Shown: positions 24,101 through 34,229 of the stretch, one piece after another | Numbering within the stretch: position 1 is the stretch's first letter | Layout of the letters: every line of letters begins with the position of its first letter | NCBI RefSeq assembly: GCF_963921235.1 | Contig: NC_086097.1 | Span: forward strand, 17,856,001 to 17,920,000 | From: Mobula hypostoma | Taxonomy: Eukaryota | DNA: 64,000 bases | Reading direction: 5' to 3' | Notes under the pieces: model-generated | Told to the model about the DNA's origin: nothing | Seen by the model: only the letters and a program-made list of their open reading frames with translations | The model's database searches: none | Translations under genes and position numbers: made by a program

Positions 24101-24892
24101 TGCCATGACCTTTCTCTGAACGGAATGTCCTCGGTCACCCGGATGGTATAGTGAATGCTCTTGGAACAACCCACATCAAACTCGGCAGTAGAAAAAACAC
24201 CTTCCACTTTCAATATCTTCCCTACCATCCTCTCTTCCAAACTGCAGGTACCAGGGAGTCCCCAAAGTTAAATGACTCAGCAGTCAACTTTCCCTTTTTT
24301 GGAGAGAGTTTCTCCCCAGCTTGTTTCACAGGGACACTAGACATTACCGTCACTGGGAAGAGGTGTACCAGGGGCATCCCCCATTTGAAGGTGACCTCCC
24401 TCTTCATAGTGTTCCTGACAATCACTGCCATCCTGTTCACCTGTACAACCAAGGGCTTCTACAGTTCGGACCTCACCAGTACCCCAGCAGGTAAGCCTGA
24501 CTCCTCTTTGTGGTCTTCCGGAGCATCCACCAAGAGGGTCTCGGCCTCAGGCATTCTGGGAAATTTGGAATTTCCCATCACACTCTCTACTTCCCCAGGC
24601 TGTAACACGACTGGTTTTGATTTGGTGAACCACATAGTCCTTGCCGAAGCTTGTTATCCGGCCCAGTGCAGACATGCCCTTCCTCAAAAGCAGCTCGAAA
24701 CACTGGGTGAATGGACAATGTTTTCAGAAAGCGCCCTCCAACTCTCTCCTTGCAGGCTTCCATTAGCCTCCTCACAATAAGAGTATTTGTCCCCACAAGA
24801 ATTGAAACTCCACCCTTCTCAACGGGATCCAGACAAAGCAGCGCTAATATATCAAGGACTTTCAGCTGCTCCCAAAATGTATGACCATACAC
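21172..24892 (-). mobile_element. Second Ty3/Gypsy element: internal pol fragment (protease end, spacer, RT, RNase H, integrase), no LTRs seen
   Basis: ILVGTN, CVDYRTLN, YRDD (decayed YLDD), HTDAS, KLEF, NIDADAL, LHDDSGHLG, DHYTRYAQAFP and IHSDLG motifs. Confidence 0.9.
21586..22020 (-). mobile_element. Rex1/Babar LINE 3' fragment inserted in the Gypsy integrase
   Basis: SHPLH...RLIPPRCNTERHRKSFLPVAIKLYN motif, AATAAA and (ATGACT)n tail. Removing it rejoins the host reading YGLPR-QIHSD. Confidence 0.85.
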
Positions 24893-24974
24893 TTCCTAAC
24901 ACTGTATTCCATCTGCATTTTTTTGCATATTCTCCTAATCTGTCTGTGTCCTTCTGTAGCCTCTCTACTTTGTA

Positions 24975-26470
24975 ATAATCTTTCAAGTAGCACTAGATTC
25001 TGGAATGGTACTGGAAGACTGGATAATTGCAAATGTCACTCCACTCTTCAAGAAGGGGGAGAAGCAGAAGAAAGGAAACTATAAGCCAGTTAGTCTGATC
25101 TCAGTGGTTGGGAAGATGTTGGAGTTGATTATTAAGGGTGAGGTCTCAGAGTTCTTGGAGGCACATGATAAAATAGGCCATAGTCACCATGGTTTCCTCA
25201 AGGGAAAGTCTTGATTGACAAATCTGTTGGAATTCTTTGAAGAAATACCAAGCAGGATACGCAAAGGAGAATTGCTTGATGTTGTATACTTGGATTTTTA
25301 GAAGTCCTTTGACAAGGTGTCACACATGAGGCTGCTTAACACGCTATGAGTGCATGATATTACAGGAAGGATTCTAGCATGGATAAAGCAATGGCTGATT
25401 GGCAGGAGGAAAATATTGGGAATAAAGGGGCTTTTTCTGCTTGGCTGCTGGTGACTAGTGTTCTACTGGGGTCTGTAATTGGGACCGATTCTTTCTACAT
25501 AATGTGTCAATGATTCGGATGATGAAATAGATGGCTTTCTTGCAAAGTTTGCAGATGATATGAAGATAGGTGGAAGGGCAGTTAGTTTTGAGGAAGTAGA
25601 GAGGCTATAGAATGACTTAGACAGATTAGGAGAATGGGCAAAGAAGTGACAGATGGAAAACAGTGTCGGGAAGTATAAAGTCTGTACTTTGGCAGAGGAA
25701 ATGAAAGGGTAGTCTATTTACTAAATAGAGAGAAAATACAAAATACTGAGGTGCAAAGAGATTTGAAAGTCCTTATGTAGGATTCCGTAAAGGTTAATTT
25801 GCAGGTTGAGTCTATGGTGAGGAAGGCAAATGTGATGTTAGCATTCATTTCAAGAGGACTAGAATATAAAAGCGAGGATGTAATGTTGAGACTTTATAAA
25901 GCACTAGTGAGGACTCACTTGGAGAACTATGAGTAGTTTTGGGCCCCTTATCTTAGAAAGGGTGTGCTGAGGGTGGAGAGGGTTCAAAGGAGGTTCACAA
26001 AAATGATTCCAGGATTGAATGGCTTATCACATGAAGAGTGTTTGATATCTCTAGGCCTGTATTCACTAGAATTCAGAAGATTGAGAGGTGATCTCATTGA
26101 AACTCATTGAATGGTGAAAGGTCTTGATTAAGTGGGTGTAGAGAGGATATTTCTTATGGTGGAGAGTCTAAGACCAGAGGCCACAGCTTAGAGTGGTGTC
26201 CTTTCAAAATTGAGATGAGGAGGAATCCCTTTAGCTAGAGAATGGTGGATCTGTAGAATTCATTGCCACAGGCAGCTGTGGAGTCCAAATCTTTATGTAT
26301 ATTTAAGGCAGAGGTTGATAGATTCTTGATTGGTCAGGGCATGAAGAGATATAGGGAAAAGGCAGGAGTTTGGAGCTGAGAGGAAAATTGGATCAGCCAT
26401 GATGAAATGGTGGAGCAGACTCGATTGGCCAAATGACCTAATTCTGCTCCTATATCTTTTGGTCTTGTAA
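24975..26470 (+). mobile_element. Degenerate CR1 LINE (RT to 3' end)
   Basis: DWIIANVTPLFKKG, KFADD and 3' UTR ending gctcctatatcttttggtctt. Confidence 0.85.
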
Positions 26471-27167
26471 CTTTATAAACTTCTACCGGTAAACCCTGAG
26501 CTTCAGCACTCTGGAGAAAACAATCCAAGTTTATCCAACCTCTCCTTAAATCTAATTCCTTCTAATCCAGGTAATGCATCCTGGTAAACCTTTTCTGAAC
26601 TCTCCACATCCTTGCTGTAATGGGGTGACCAGAACTGTACACAGTACTTTAAATGTGGCTTCACCAAAGTTTTATACAACAGCATGACTTCCTGATTCTT
26701 GTATTCTACACCTCTAGCAATGAAAGCAAGCATGCCCTATGACTTCTTTACCGTTCTGTCTACTTCTGTTACCACTTTCAGAGAGTATGGTCTTGATCCC
26801 CCTAGGTTCCTCTTTTAACTCTGTACTTTACCCTTCTGTTTGACCTCATAACTCCAACTGCCGTGTCTCCTCACCGCATAAGTGATCTCCTGTGTATCTT
26901 GCTGGATCCTTTGATAACTTTCATTACTGACCAAAATTATGCCATCTGCAAACTTAACAACCAACACTTCTACAGTTTCATCATTTGTATATATAACAAT
27001 CAACAGCAATCCCAGCACTGATCACTGTGGAACACCACTGGCCACAAACCTCCGGCTGGAAATAACACCCTCCCACCACTACCCCTGTTTTTATTGGGTG
27101 TCAATTTTGAATCAAAACTACCAATTCACTGAAGATCATGTGCATCTGAATCTTCCTGATCAACTCA

Positions 27168-27498
27168 GCATCTCACCCTAGCCATGGACTTTTTACACTC
27201 CTCCCATCTGGTAGGCGCTACAGGAGCCTCCACTCCTACACCAGCAGGCACAGGAAGAGCTTCTTCCCTGAGGCTGTGACCCTGCTGAACCTCACATCAC
27301 AGTGCTAAGCAGTATTGCACCCATATTGTACTGTCTCAGTACTTTTATATTTGTGTGCTGTAGCACTTACTTTTCATTGCAGTTATTTTGTAAATAACAC
27401 TATTCTTTGCATTTCTGGTCAGATGCTAACTGCGTTTCATTGACTTTGTATCTGTACTCGGCACAATGACAATAACGTTGAATTTAATCTAACCTAAT
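27168..27498 (+). mobile_element. Rex1/Babar-like LINE 3' fragment
   Basis: SHPSHGLFTLLPSGRRYRS...SFFPEAVTLLN motif and (AATCT)n-like tail. Confidence 0.75.
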
Positions 27499-27706
27499 AG
27501 GAGATGTTGTCGAATGCTTTACTAAAATCCATGTAGACAATATCCACCATACAATCCTTATCACTCACCTTGGTCATCTCCTCAAAAACTCAGTCAGGTT
27601 AGTGAAATAACCTGTTCTATATAAAGCTGTCCTGATTGATTCTTGCAACACACATCAAAGTTGCTGGTGAATGCAGCAGGCCGGGCAGCATCTCTAGGAA
27701 GAGGTA

Positions 27707-27744
27707 CAGTCGACGTTTCGGGCCGAGACCCTTCATCAGGACTA
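27707..27744 (-). ncRNA. Minimal hammerhead ribozyme, best-preserved copy
   Basis: UAGUC-CUGAUGA-A-GGGU(CUCG)GCCC-GAAA-CGUC^GACUG with all core nucleotides intact. Confidence 0.82.
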
Positions 27745-28046
27745 ACTGAAAGAAGAGCTAGTAAGAGATTTGGGAGGGGGAGGGGGAGATCCAAAATGTT
27801 AGGAGAAGACAGGAGGGGGAGGGATGGAACCAAGAGCCAGAAAGTTGTTTGGCAAATGGGATACTAGGCTGGAGAAGGGGGAGGATCATGGGACGAGAGG
27901 CCTAGGGAGAAAGAAAGGGGGGGTGGGGAAGCCCAGAGGATGGGCAAGGAGTTATAGTAAGAGGGACAGAGGGAGAAGACTTCTCCTATCATTTTGGATC
28001 TCCCCCTCCCCCTCCCACTTTCAAATCTCTTACTAGCTCTTTCAGT

Positions 28047-28084
28047 TAGTCCTGACAAAGGGTCTCGGCCCGAAACGTCGACTG
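28047..28084 (+). ncRNA. Hammerhead motif with a core mutation (CUGACAA)
   Basis: Same layout; catalytic G8 is replaced by A, so it is probably inactive. Confidence 0.6.
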
Positions 28085-28593
28085 TACCTCTTCCTAGAGA
28101 TGCTGCCTGGCCTGCTGCGTTCACCAGCAACTTTGATGTGTGTTGCTTGAATTTCCAGCATCTGCAGAATTCCTCGTGTTTGCCTGATTGATTCCAATTA
28201 GGCTGTGCTTTTCCAAATGCTCATAAATTCTATCCCTACAATCCTCTCCAGTAACTTTGCTACCACTGATAAGGTACTTGCCAGCCTATGATTTCCTGGA
28301 TTATCCCTATTTTCCTTCTTAAATAAAGTTCTCTGATTTTCCTTTCTCACATTTATTTAGAATATATGCATATTTTACATTCCATTCAACTAGACCTTGC
28401 CTTCATTTTTTTTATTCCAGCTTCATCGCCGGTCATGCATACAGCCAGTTACAGTTGCTCCGTAGTTTCTTACTTTTAAACTTTTTAACTTAGTTATTTG
28501 TTGTTTTTTTTTTCTCACGGTAACTTGTTGAAGCTGCACCCTCTCTAACATGCTAGTGGAAAGAGTTTTACTTGTTTTTTTAGCACTGGAATA

Positions 28594-28800
28594 CTGTGGC
28601 CATCAAACTTTACAACTCCTCCCCTGGAGGGTCAGACACCCTGAGCCAATAGGCTGGTCCCGGACTTATTTCATAATTTACTGGCATAATTTACATATTA
28701 TTATTTAACTATTTATGGTTCTATTACTACTTATTATTTATGGTGCAACTGTAATGAAAACCAATTTCCCCCGGGATCAATAAAGTATGACTATGACTAT
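28594..28800 (+). mobile_element. Rex1/Babar 3' end (same family as 21586-22020)
   Basis: Close reverse-complement match to 21596-21793, with an (ATGACT)n tail. Confidence 0.85.
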
Positions 28801-29153
28801 CCAGCAGCTGAGAAAACTGATTGCCCAGATCCTGCAGAGAAACAATTGAGGAGACTGATGAAATCACTGTTAATAAAAATAATGGTGGTAAATAAGATTG
28901 ACAACTCCCCTAGAGCAGGTGATATTACACTAGGAATTTAAAGTAGATGAAAACTTCCCAAAGTTTTATTTGATTCATGAAACATTCCTTAGATTGGTGA
29001 ATTGCACTTACCAATCAGGTATTTGAGAAAGGTCGGAGAGGGCAGTTTACCTAACATCTAAAATACTATGATCTATAACTAGGAATAACAGCTAATGAAC
29101 AGGTTAATATGCATAATCATATAGAACACGGAAACAGCAAGAATTAAAATGAG

Positions 29154-29690
29154 TGGTTGTGGCATCCGTTCATCTTGCGAGACCATGGTTCTTTGCCTGG
29201 AAGATCTCCAGGGCGCAGGTGCAGCAAGTCTTCCCTCTCCATGATACCGACGTTGTCCAAGGGAAGGGCAAGGGCCGATACACCTTGGCACCAGTGTCGT
29301 TGCAGGAGCTGCCAGAATGAGGTTGAAGGCAACGTCAGACTGCCTTAGGGACTCCAGCTCCAGATTTGGCCACAGGGTTTACTCCCAAAGCCTTTCCCAT
29401 GAGTGGGTATGGCCACAAGGCAGCGGAGGTTTGAAATCAGAGTTTTCCTTCTCTTATATGGACTGCCTTCCCAGGCTGACGAGTTCTATCTACCTGAAGC
29501 ACTGGTTTTAAGGTGCCAGGACCTGCCTTCGCCCCTTCTCCTGTCAGTAGAAACAGTGCCAAGGTTGTCAAGCCAAGGAGTGGTAGTGGGGACGAGCTCC
29601 CACTACCTAAAAGTGCTCCTCATGGCATACGCCTCAAATAGCCTCTGACAACCAAATCCAACTCCTGGCTTTCTCGTGTGGCTTAGCCTC
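29154..29690 (-). mobile_element. Non-coding GC-rich retroposon, probably a bipartite RTE/RTEX/Vingi-type derivative; family unresolved
   Basis: 9-bp TSD TAAAATGAG at 29145-29153 and 29691-29699; no TIRs or credible ORF; nested hairpins at 29563-29653. Strand inferred. Confidence 0.6.
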
Positions 29691-30008
29691 TAAAATGAGC
29701 AGAAAGGTACAAAATTGAGAAATTTTTTGAAGTATGGTTTTATTCCAAATCATTACCATAAATAAGCTTTATGGCAATAACTTTTAAATCTGTATTCCCT
29801 TCTACTTAACTAATTTGTTGTATTGTTAACCATTATGTTGATCTGTGGGATATTGCCATCATTTCACTTACAAATAATATTATTATGACCTACTAGAGTT
29901 TGAAGTGTTTATTTCAACACTCCCAACAGTATATTCCACTGTATTTCATCATCACTTTGTCTTTATGAAATTGTACTATTAATTCCAGCTGTTTTGGATC
30001 TTTTGCAG

Positions 30009-30134
30009 ACATTGATGAATGTGTGAATGCAACTATCTGTGGTACTCATGGGTATTGTGAAAATACAGATGGTTCATTTCGCTGTCTATGTGATCAGGGG
30101 TTTGAAGTTCCAGCAGGAGGGCAGGCATGTGTAG
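30009..30134 (+). CDS. LTBP2: LTBP2-like internal exon, cbEGF (D)[41 protein letters not shown]
   Basis: ttttgcag|AC acceptor and G|gtaag donor; 126 nt, phase 1-1. [15 protein letters not shown] matches the next LTBP2 EGF; N-A-T glycosylation sequon present. Confidence 0.88.
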
Positions 30135-30399
30135 GTAAGAATGAAATGAAAATTTTACACTAAACTTCAGAATGTAAATTCCTGCAGTCCAATTAGTTTC
30201 TTTGTGACAAGTTGAAATTCCAATGGAGATATACAACTCTTTAATAACTAAACAGATTTCTATTTGGAAGGGATAGATGATATAGTTCTGATTAAATTTT
30301 TTGATAAATACTGGTGCCTTCTACTCTGTTGTGATCGAACCTGATATCCACTTGTCACTGTGCTACAAAATCACCATTACCAGACTTCTCAATCTAAAT

Positions 30400-31060
30400 G
30401 CAACACAAATGCCCTGCGGACTCTGGTAAGCCAAAAGACGGTGGCGTGTACATTATGGTCAATTCTCGTTGGTGCTTCGATGTGGTGGTTATGTTGAACT
30501 CACGGTCCCCCGACTTGGAACACCTATCAATCAAATGCAGATCATTCTATTTGCCTCAGGTGTTCTCATCCATGATCCTGAAGGCAGCCTAATATACCAC
30601 CAGTGGCTGACTGAAGCAAGCACTTGTGACACTGCATAATATTGTCTGCAGACAAGAAACAACCCATCCCAATGCATTTCAAATTATAGTCAGAGGCTTC
30701 AACCTGGCTTGTTTGAAGAAAATCCTGCCCAATTATTACCGGCATATAACCTGTAGCACTAGAGGTCTGAACACACTGCTACACAAAGATAAACAATGCC
30801 GACCATTCCTTACTCAGATTGCATTTTGGTAAATAAGATTGCCTGGCTGTCCTCCAACCAGCCTACGGGCAGAGCCTAAAAAGCAAGGCTCGGGAATTAG
30901 GACAATTCAGGGGTGCTTGTGGGAGGCAGAGGAACAGCTACAGGATTGCTTTGAGTCAGTGGACTGGGCCATGTTCAAACACTCATCTTGAGATTCGAAT
31001 GAATACACCAGGGTTGTAACGGACTTCATTAGAACAGCTGGAGATGAGTGTGTCCCCACT
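30400..31060 (+). mobile_element. Rex1/Babar LINE endonuclease-region fragment
   Basis: SGKPKDGGVYIMVNSRWC, DLEHLSIKCRSFYLP and LQDCFESVDW remnants. Confidence 0.8.
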
Positions 31061-31795
31061 ACGTTGGGTGTTGTGCAATGATCTGGAGGTGATGAGAGCT
31101 TAACATTAAGGAACCCTTGGGGAACAATATGATCGAGTTCACATTGAAATTTGAGAGGGAAAAAGTAAAATCCAATCTGTCAGTATTTCAGTGGAATAAA
31201 GGAAATAAAATGGCATGAGAGGAAAACTGGCCGAAGTTGACTAGACAGGGACATTTGCTGGAAGGACAGCAGAGCAGTAATGGCTGGAGTTCCTGCGAAA
31301 AATGTGGGAAGTGCAAGACAGATATATTCCAGGAATGAAAGATTACTGTATGAGGAACGTCTAGCAGCTCTTGGACTGTATTCCCTGGAGTTCAGGAAAA
31401 TGACGGGGATCTCATACAAACATTCTAAATTTTAAAAGGCTTGAACAGATTAGATATGGTAAAGTTATTTCCAATGGTAGGGGATTCTAGGACAAGAGGG
31501 CACGACTTCAGAATTGAAGGACATACTTTTAGAACTGAGATCCGGAGAAATTATTTCAATCAGAGGGTGGTAAATCTGTGGAATTTGTTGTCATGAGCGG
31601 CTGTGGAGGCCAAGCCATTGGGTGTATTTAAGGCAGAGATAGATAGGTTCTTGATTAGCCAGGGCATGAAAGGGTATGGGGTGAAAGCAGAGGAGTGGGG
31701 ATGACTGGAAGAATTGGATCAACCCATGATTGAATGGTGGAGCAGACTTGAATGGCTGAATGGCCTACTTCTGCTCCTATATCTTATGGTCTTAT
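31061..31795 (+). mobile_element. CR1 fragment(s) with internal deletion and 3' end
   Basis: Endonuclease C-terminal remnant joined directly to LGLYSLEFR...QRVVNLWN and the 3' UTR. Confidence 0.75.
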
Positions 31796-31974
31796 TTATA
31801 TTTGTATTTGCACCGTTTGTTGTCTTCTATGCTCTACTTGATCTTTCAGTTGTCCTGCTATAGTTACTATTAAATATATTTGCTGAGTATGCCCACAGAA
31901 AAATGACTGTCAGGGTTGTATGTGATGACATATACTGTATGTACTCTGATAAAATTTACTTTGAACTTTGAAAT
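31796..31974 (+). mobile_element. Short LINE/SINE 3' end with (CTTTGAA)n tail; an inverted relative lies at about 32590-32840
   Basis: The two copies share gagtatgcccagaa...agggttgta...aaatttactttgaactttgaa in opposite orientation. Confidence 0.55.
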
Positions 31975-32029
31975 AGACGTCAGATCCACTGGGTGGTACT
32001 TATTCAGGTATATTATCTTGTTTTTCTTA

Positions 32030-32510
32030 GGTACTTAGATGATTGAATGTCCATAAAGTGACACTAGGCACAGGAGTATCTGTACATAAAGTGACTGACA
32101 GGAAATGATAAACTAGTGGTGTTGGAGGGGTGGGATGTGGAGAGGTGAATTAGTTGGTGGAGGTGTTGATCAGCCTTACTGATTGGGGAATGGAACTCTT
32201 TTTGAGTCTTGTAGTCCTGGCATGTATGCTAAGTAGCCTCCTCCCTGATGGGAGTGAGAGAAATAGTCCACAAGCAGGGTGGGTGGAATATTTCATGAGG
32301 TTGCTGGCCCTTTTCCGGCGCCTTTCTGGATATATGTCCTTGATGGTGGGTAAGCTTGTTCCAGTGATGAGTTGGGTAATTTTGACTGCCCGTTGTAGAG
32401 ACTTCCTGTCTGCCGCAGTGCAGTTTCCATATCAAGCAATGATGATACTTGTCAGGATGCTCTCTATTGTGCATCTATCAAATGATGTGAGTATGGATGT
32501 GCAAAGTCCA
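32030..32510 (-). mobile_element. Rex1/Babar-like LINE 3' fragment
   Basis: IESILTSIIIA*YGNC and HPACGLFLSLPSGRR remnants. Confidence 0.75.
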
Positions 32511-32854
32511 TTATATAATTTTCAATTCTCAGTATTGTCATCTTCATCACATGGTGAACTGAAATCAGCTATGGTCCATGATAGCTTTTCAAAGTTCAAA
32601 ATAAATTTACTATCTAAGTACATATATGTTACCATAACAACCTTGAGATTCATTTTCTTCTGGGCATACTCAATAAATCTATAGAATAACCATAACGGAA
32701 TCAATGAAAGACCACCCAACCTGGGCTTTCAACCAGAGTGCAGAAGACAACAAAGTGTGCAAATACGTAAAGAAAAATAATAACAGTAGTAAAAGATAAG
32801 TAAGTAAGCAATAAATATTGAGAATATGAGTTAAAGAGACAATACTCTCCGGAA

Positions 32855-33112
32855 AAGCAGTTTCTCTTCATCTCCATCCTAAATCTATTTGCTTGAATCT
32901 TGAGGCTATGTTCCCCGGTTCTAGTCTCACTCACCAGTGGAAACAACTTTGCCTCTATTTTATCTATCTCTTTCATAATTTTATATGTTTCTATAGTATC
33001 CACACTCATTCTTCTGAATTCCAACAAGTATAGTCCCAGGCAACTCAGTCTGTCCTCATAGGCTAACCCCCTCATCTCCAGAATCAACTTGGTGAACCTC
33101 TTCTGCAGCGCC
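32855..33112 (-). mobile_element. CR1 fragment
   Basis: YEDRLSCLGLYLLEFRR remnant. Confidence 0.75.
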
Positions 33113-34229
33113 TTTCCTGATAATTTCTCACCCCTCTGGGGAACCTAAGCATTTCTTTGTAGGCAAACTCTTATAAGTTCTTCCAGGCAGCAATGACTTA
33201 TGACCTTGAGTTGTGCTACATTTTGTTGTAATTATTATGTTGTCCTTCACACATCAAAGTGATCTAAAATTTGATTTAGGGTGGTCTAAAATAGCACACC
33301 TGCATTGTGATCCTTTATCACTTACATGTTTGACTGATATTATTATGCTAAGTCCTTTAAACCTCAGTAAGAAAGAACATATTGCTTTGAACCTTTCACT
33401 GTGGAAAATGTCTGAATTTAGAATGGGACGAATGTAATTCTGCTGTGATTAAAACGAGAGCTAACATAAATTTTCCATTATTTGATTGGAAGTTTGACAA
33501 TAATTATTTTAAATTGTTTGAATAAATTGAAACAAGAATACTCAGAAAGTTAGGTGGCATCTACATGTAGGAAGAAGAACAAGTTGACATTTCAGTTGAA
33601 GATTCTCTATCCAATACAAATATAGGTAACTTTAATAACCTATAGTATATTTTCTGAATTGATAATAGGTATTCCACTGATTTTTTTTCTCATTTCTTTA
33701 ATCAAATTTATTGGCAATGCTGGTTTTAATGTGTGCTGAAATCAATATGAATATTTAACATACAAAAGTCAGGATTTATTTTACTCTCTAGTAACATATT
33801 AAAATTGTTGAAATGAAGTTTTATTGAATACAATTGCGACCTTCAAAGGATACCAAATTCATAAACCATATATTGTAATTATAGGTTTACTTTGACAGCC
33901 ACATCTCTTCAGCACAGAAATATCACTGGAAATTTTGTCAGAATCATTGTATGTATTATGCAATGCATCTCTTAAAAAGCTACCTATTGAATATTTTACA
34001 AAGCTTTCATAAATAAATACATTTTGATATGGTATTTACAATCATTTATTAAACCCTGCTGAAGTATTAAGTGTCTTTTTTCTACAATTGGATTAAAGGT
34101 ATTTTCTGAAATAATTCAAGTTCTTACATGTGTATAAGATATACATGAAAAAGGATAGAGAAGCATAAGGTAAATAGGAGGTAATGGGTGTTTGATACAA
34201 CAGGGAAGTTTCATTCAGGTAGATAGTAC

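Larger units (their letters stand above)
27643..28182. mobile_element. Non-coding fold-back PLE derivative (two inverted pseudo-LTR pieces)
   Basis: Minus-strand arm 27645-27979 and plus-strand arm 27980-28182; 12-bp TSD CCTGATTGATTC at 27631-27642 and 28183-28194. Confidence 0.9.
26471..28330 (-). mobile_element. Degenerate CR1 RT region, interrupted by Rex1/Babar-like and PLE insertions
   Basis: YKTLVKPHLKYCVQFWSP and KFADG remnants; host sequence is continuous across the inserts. Confidence 0.75.
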
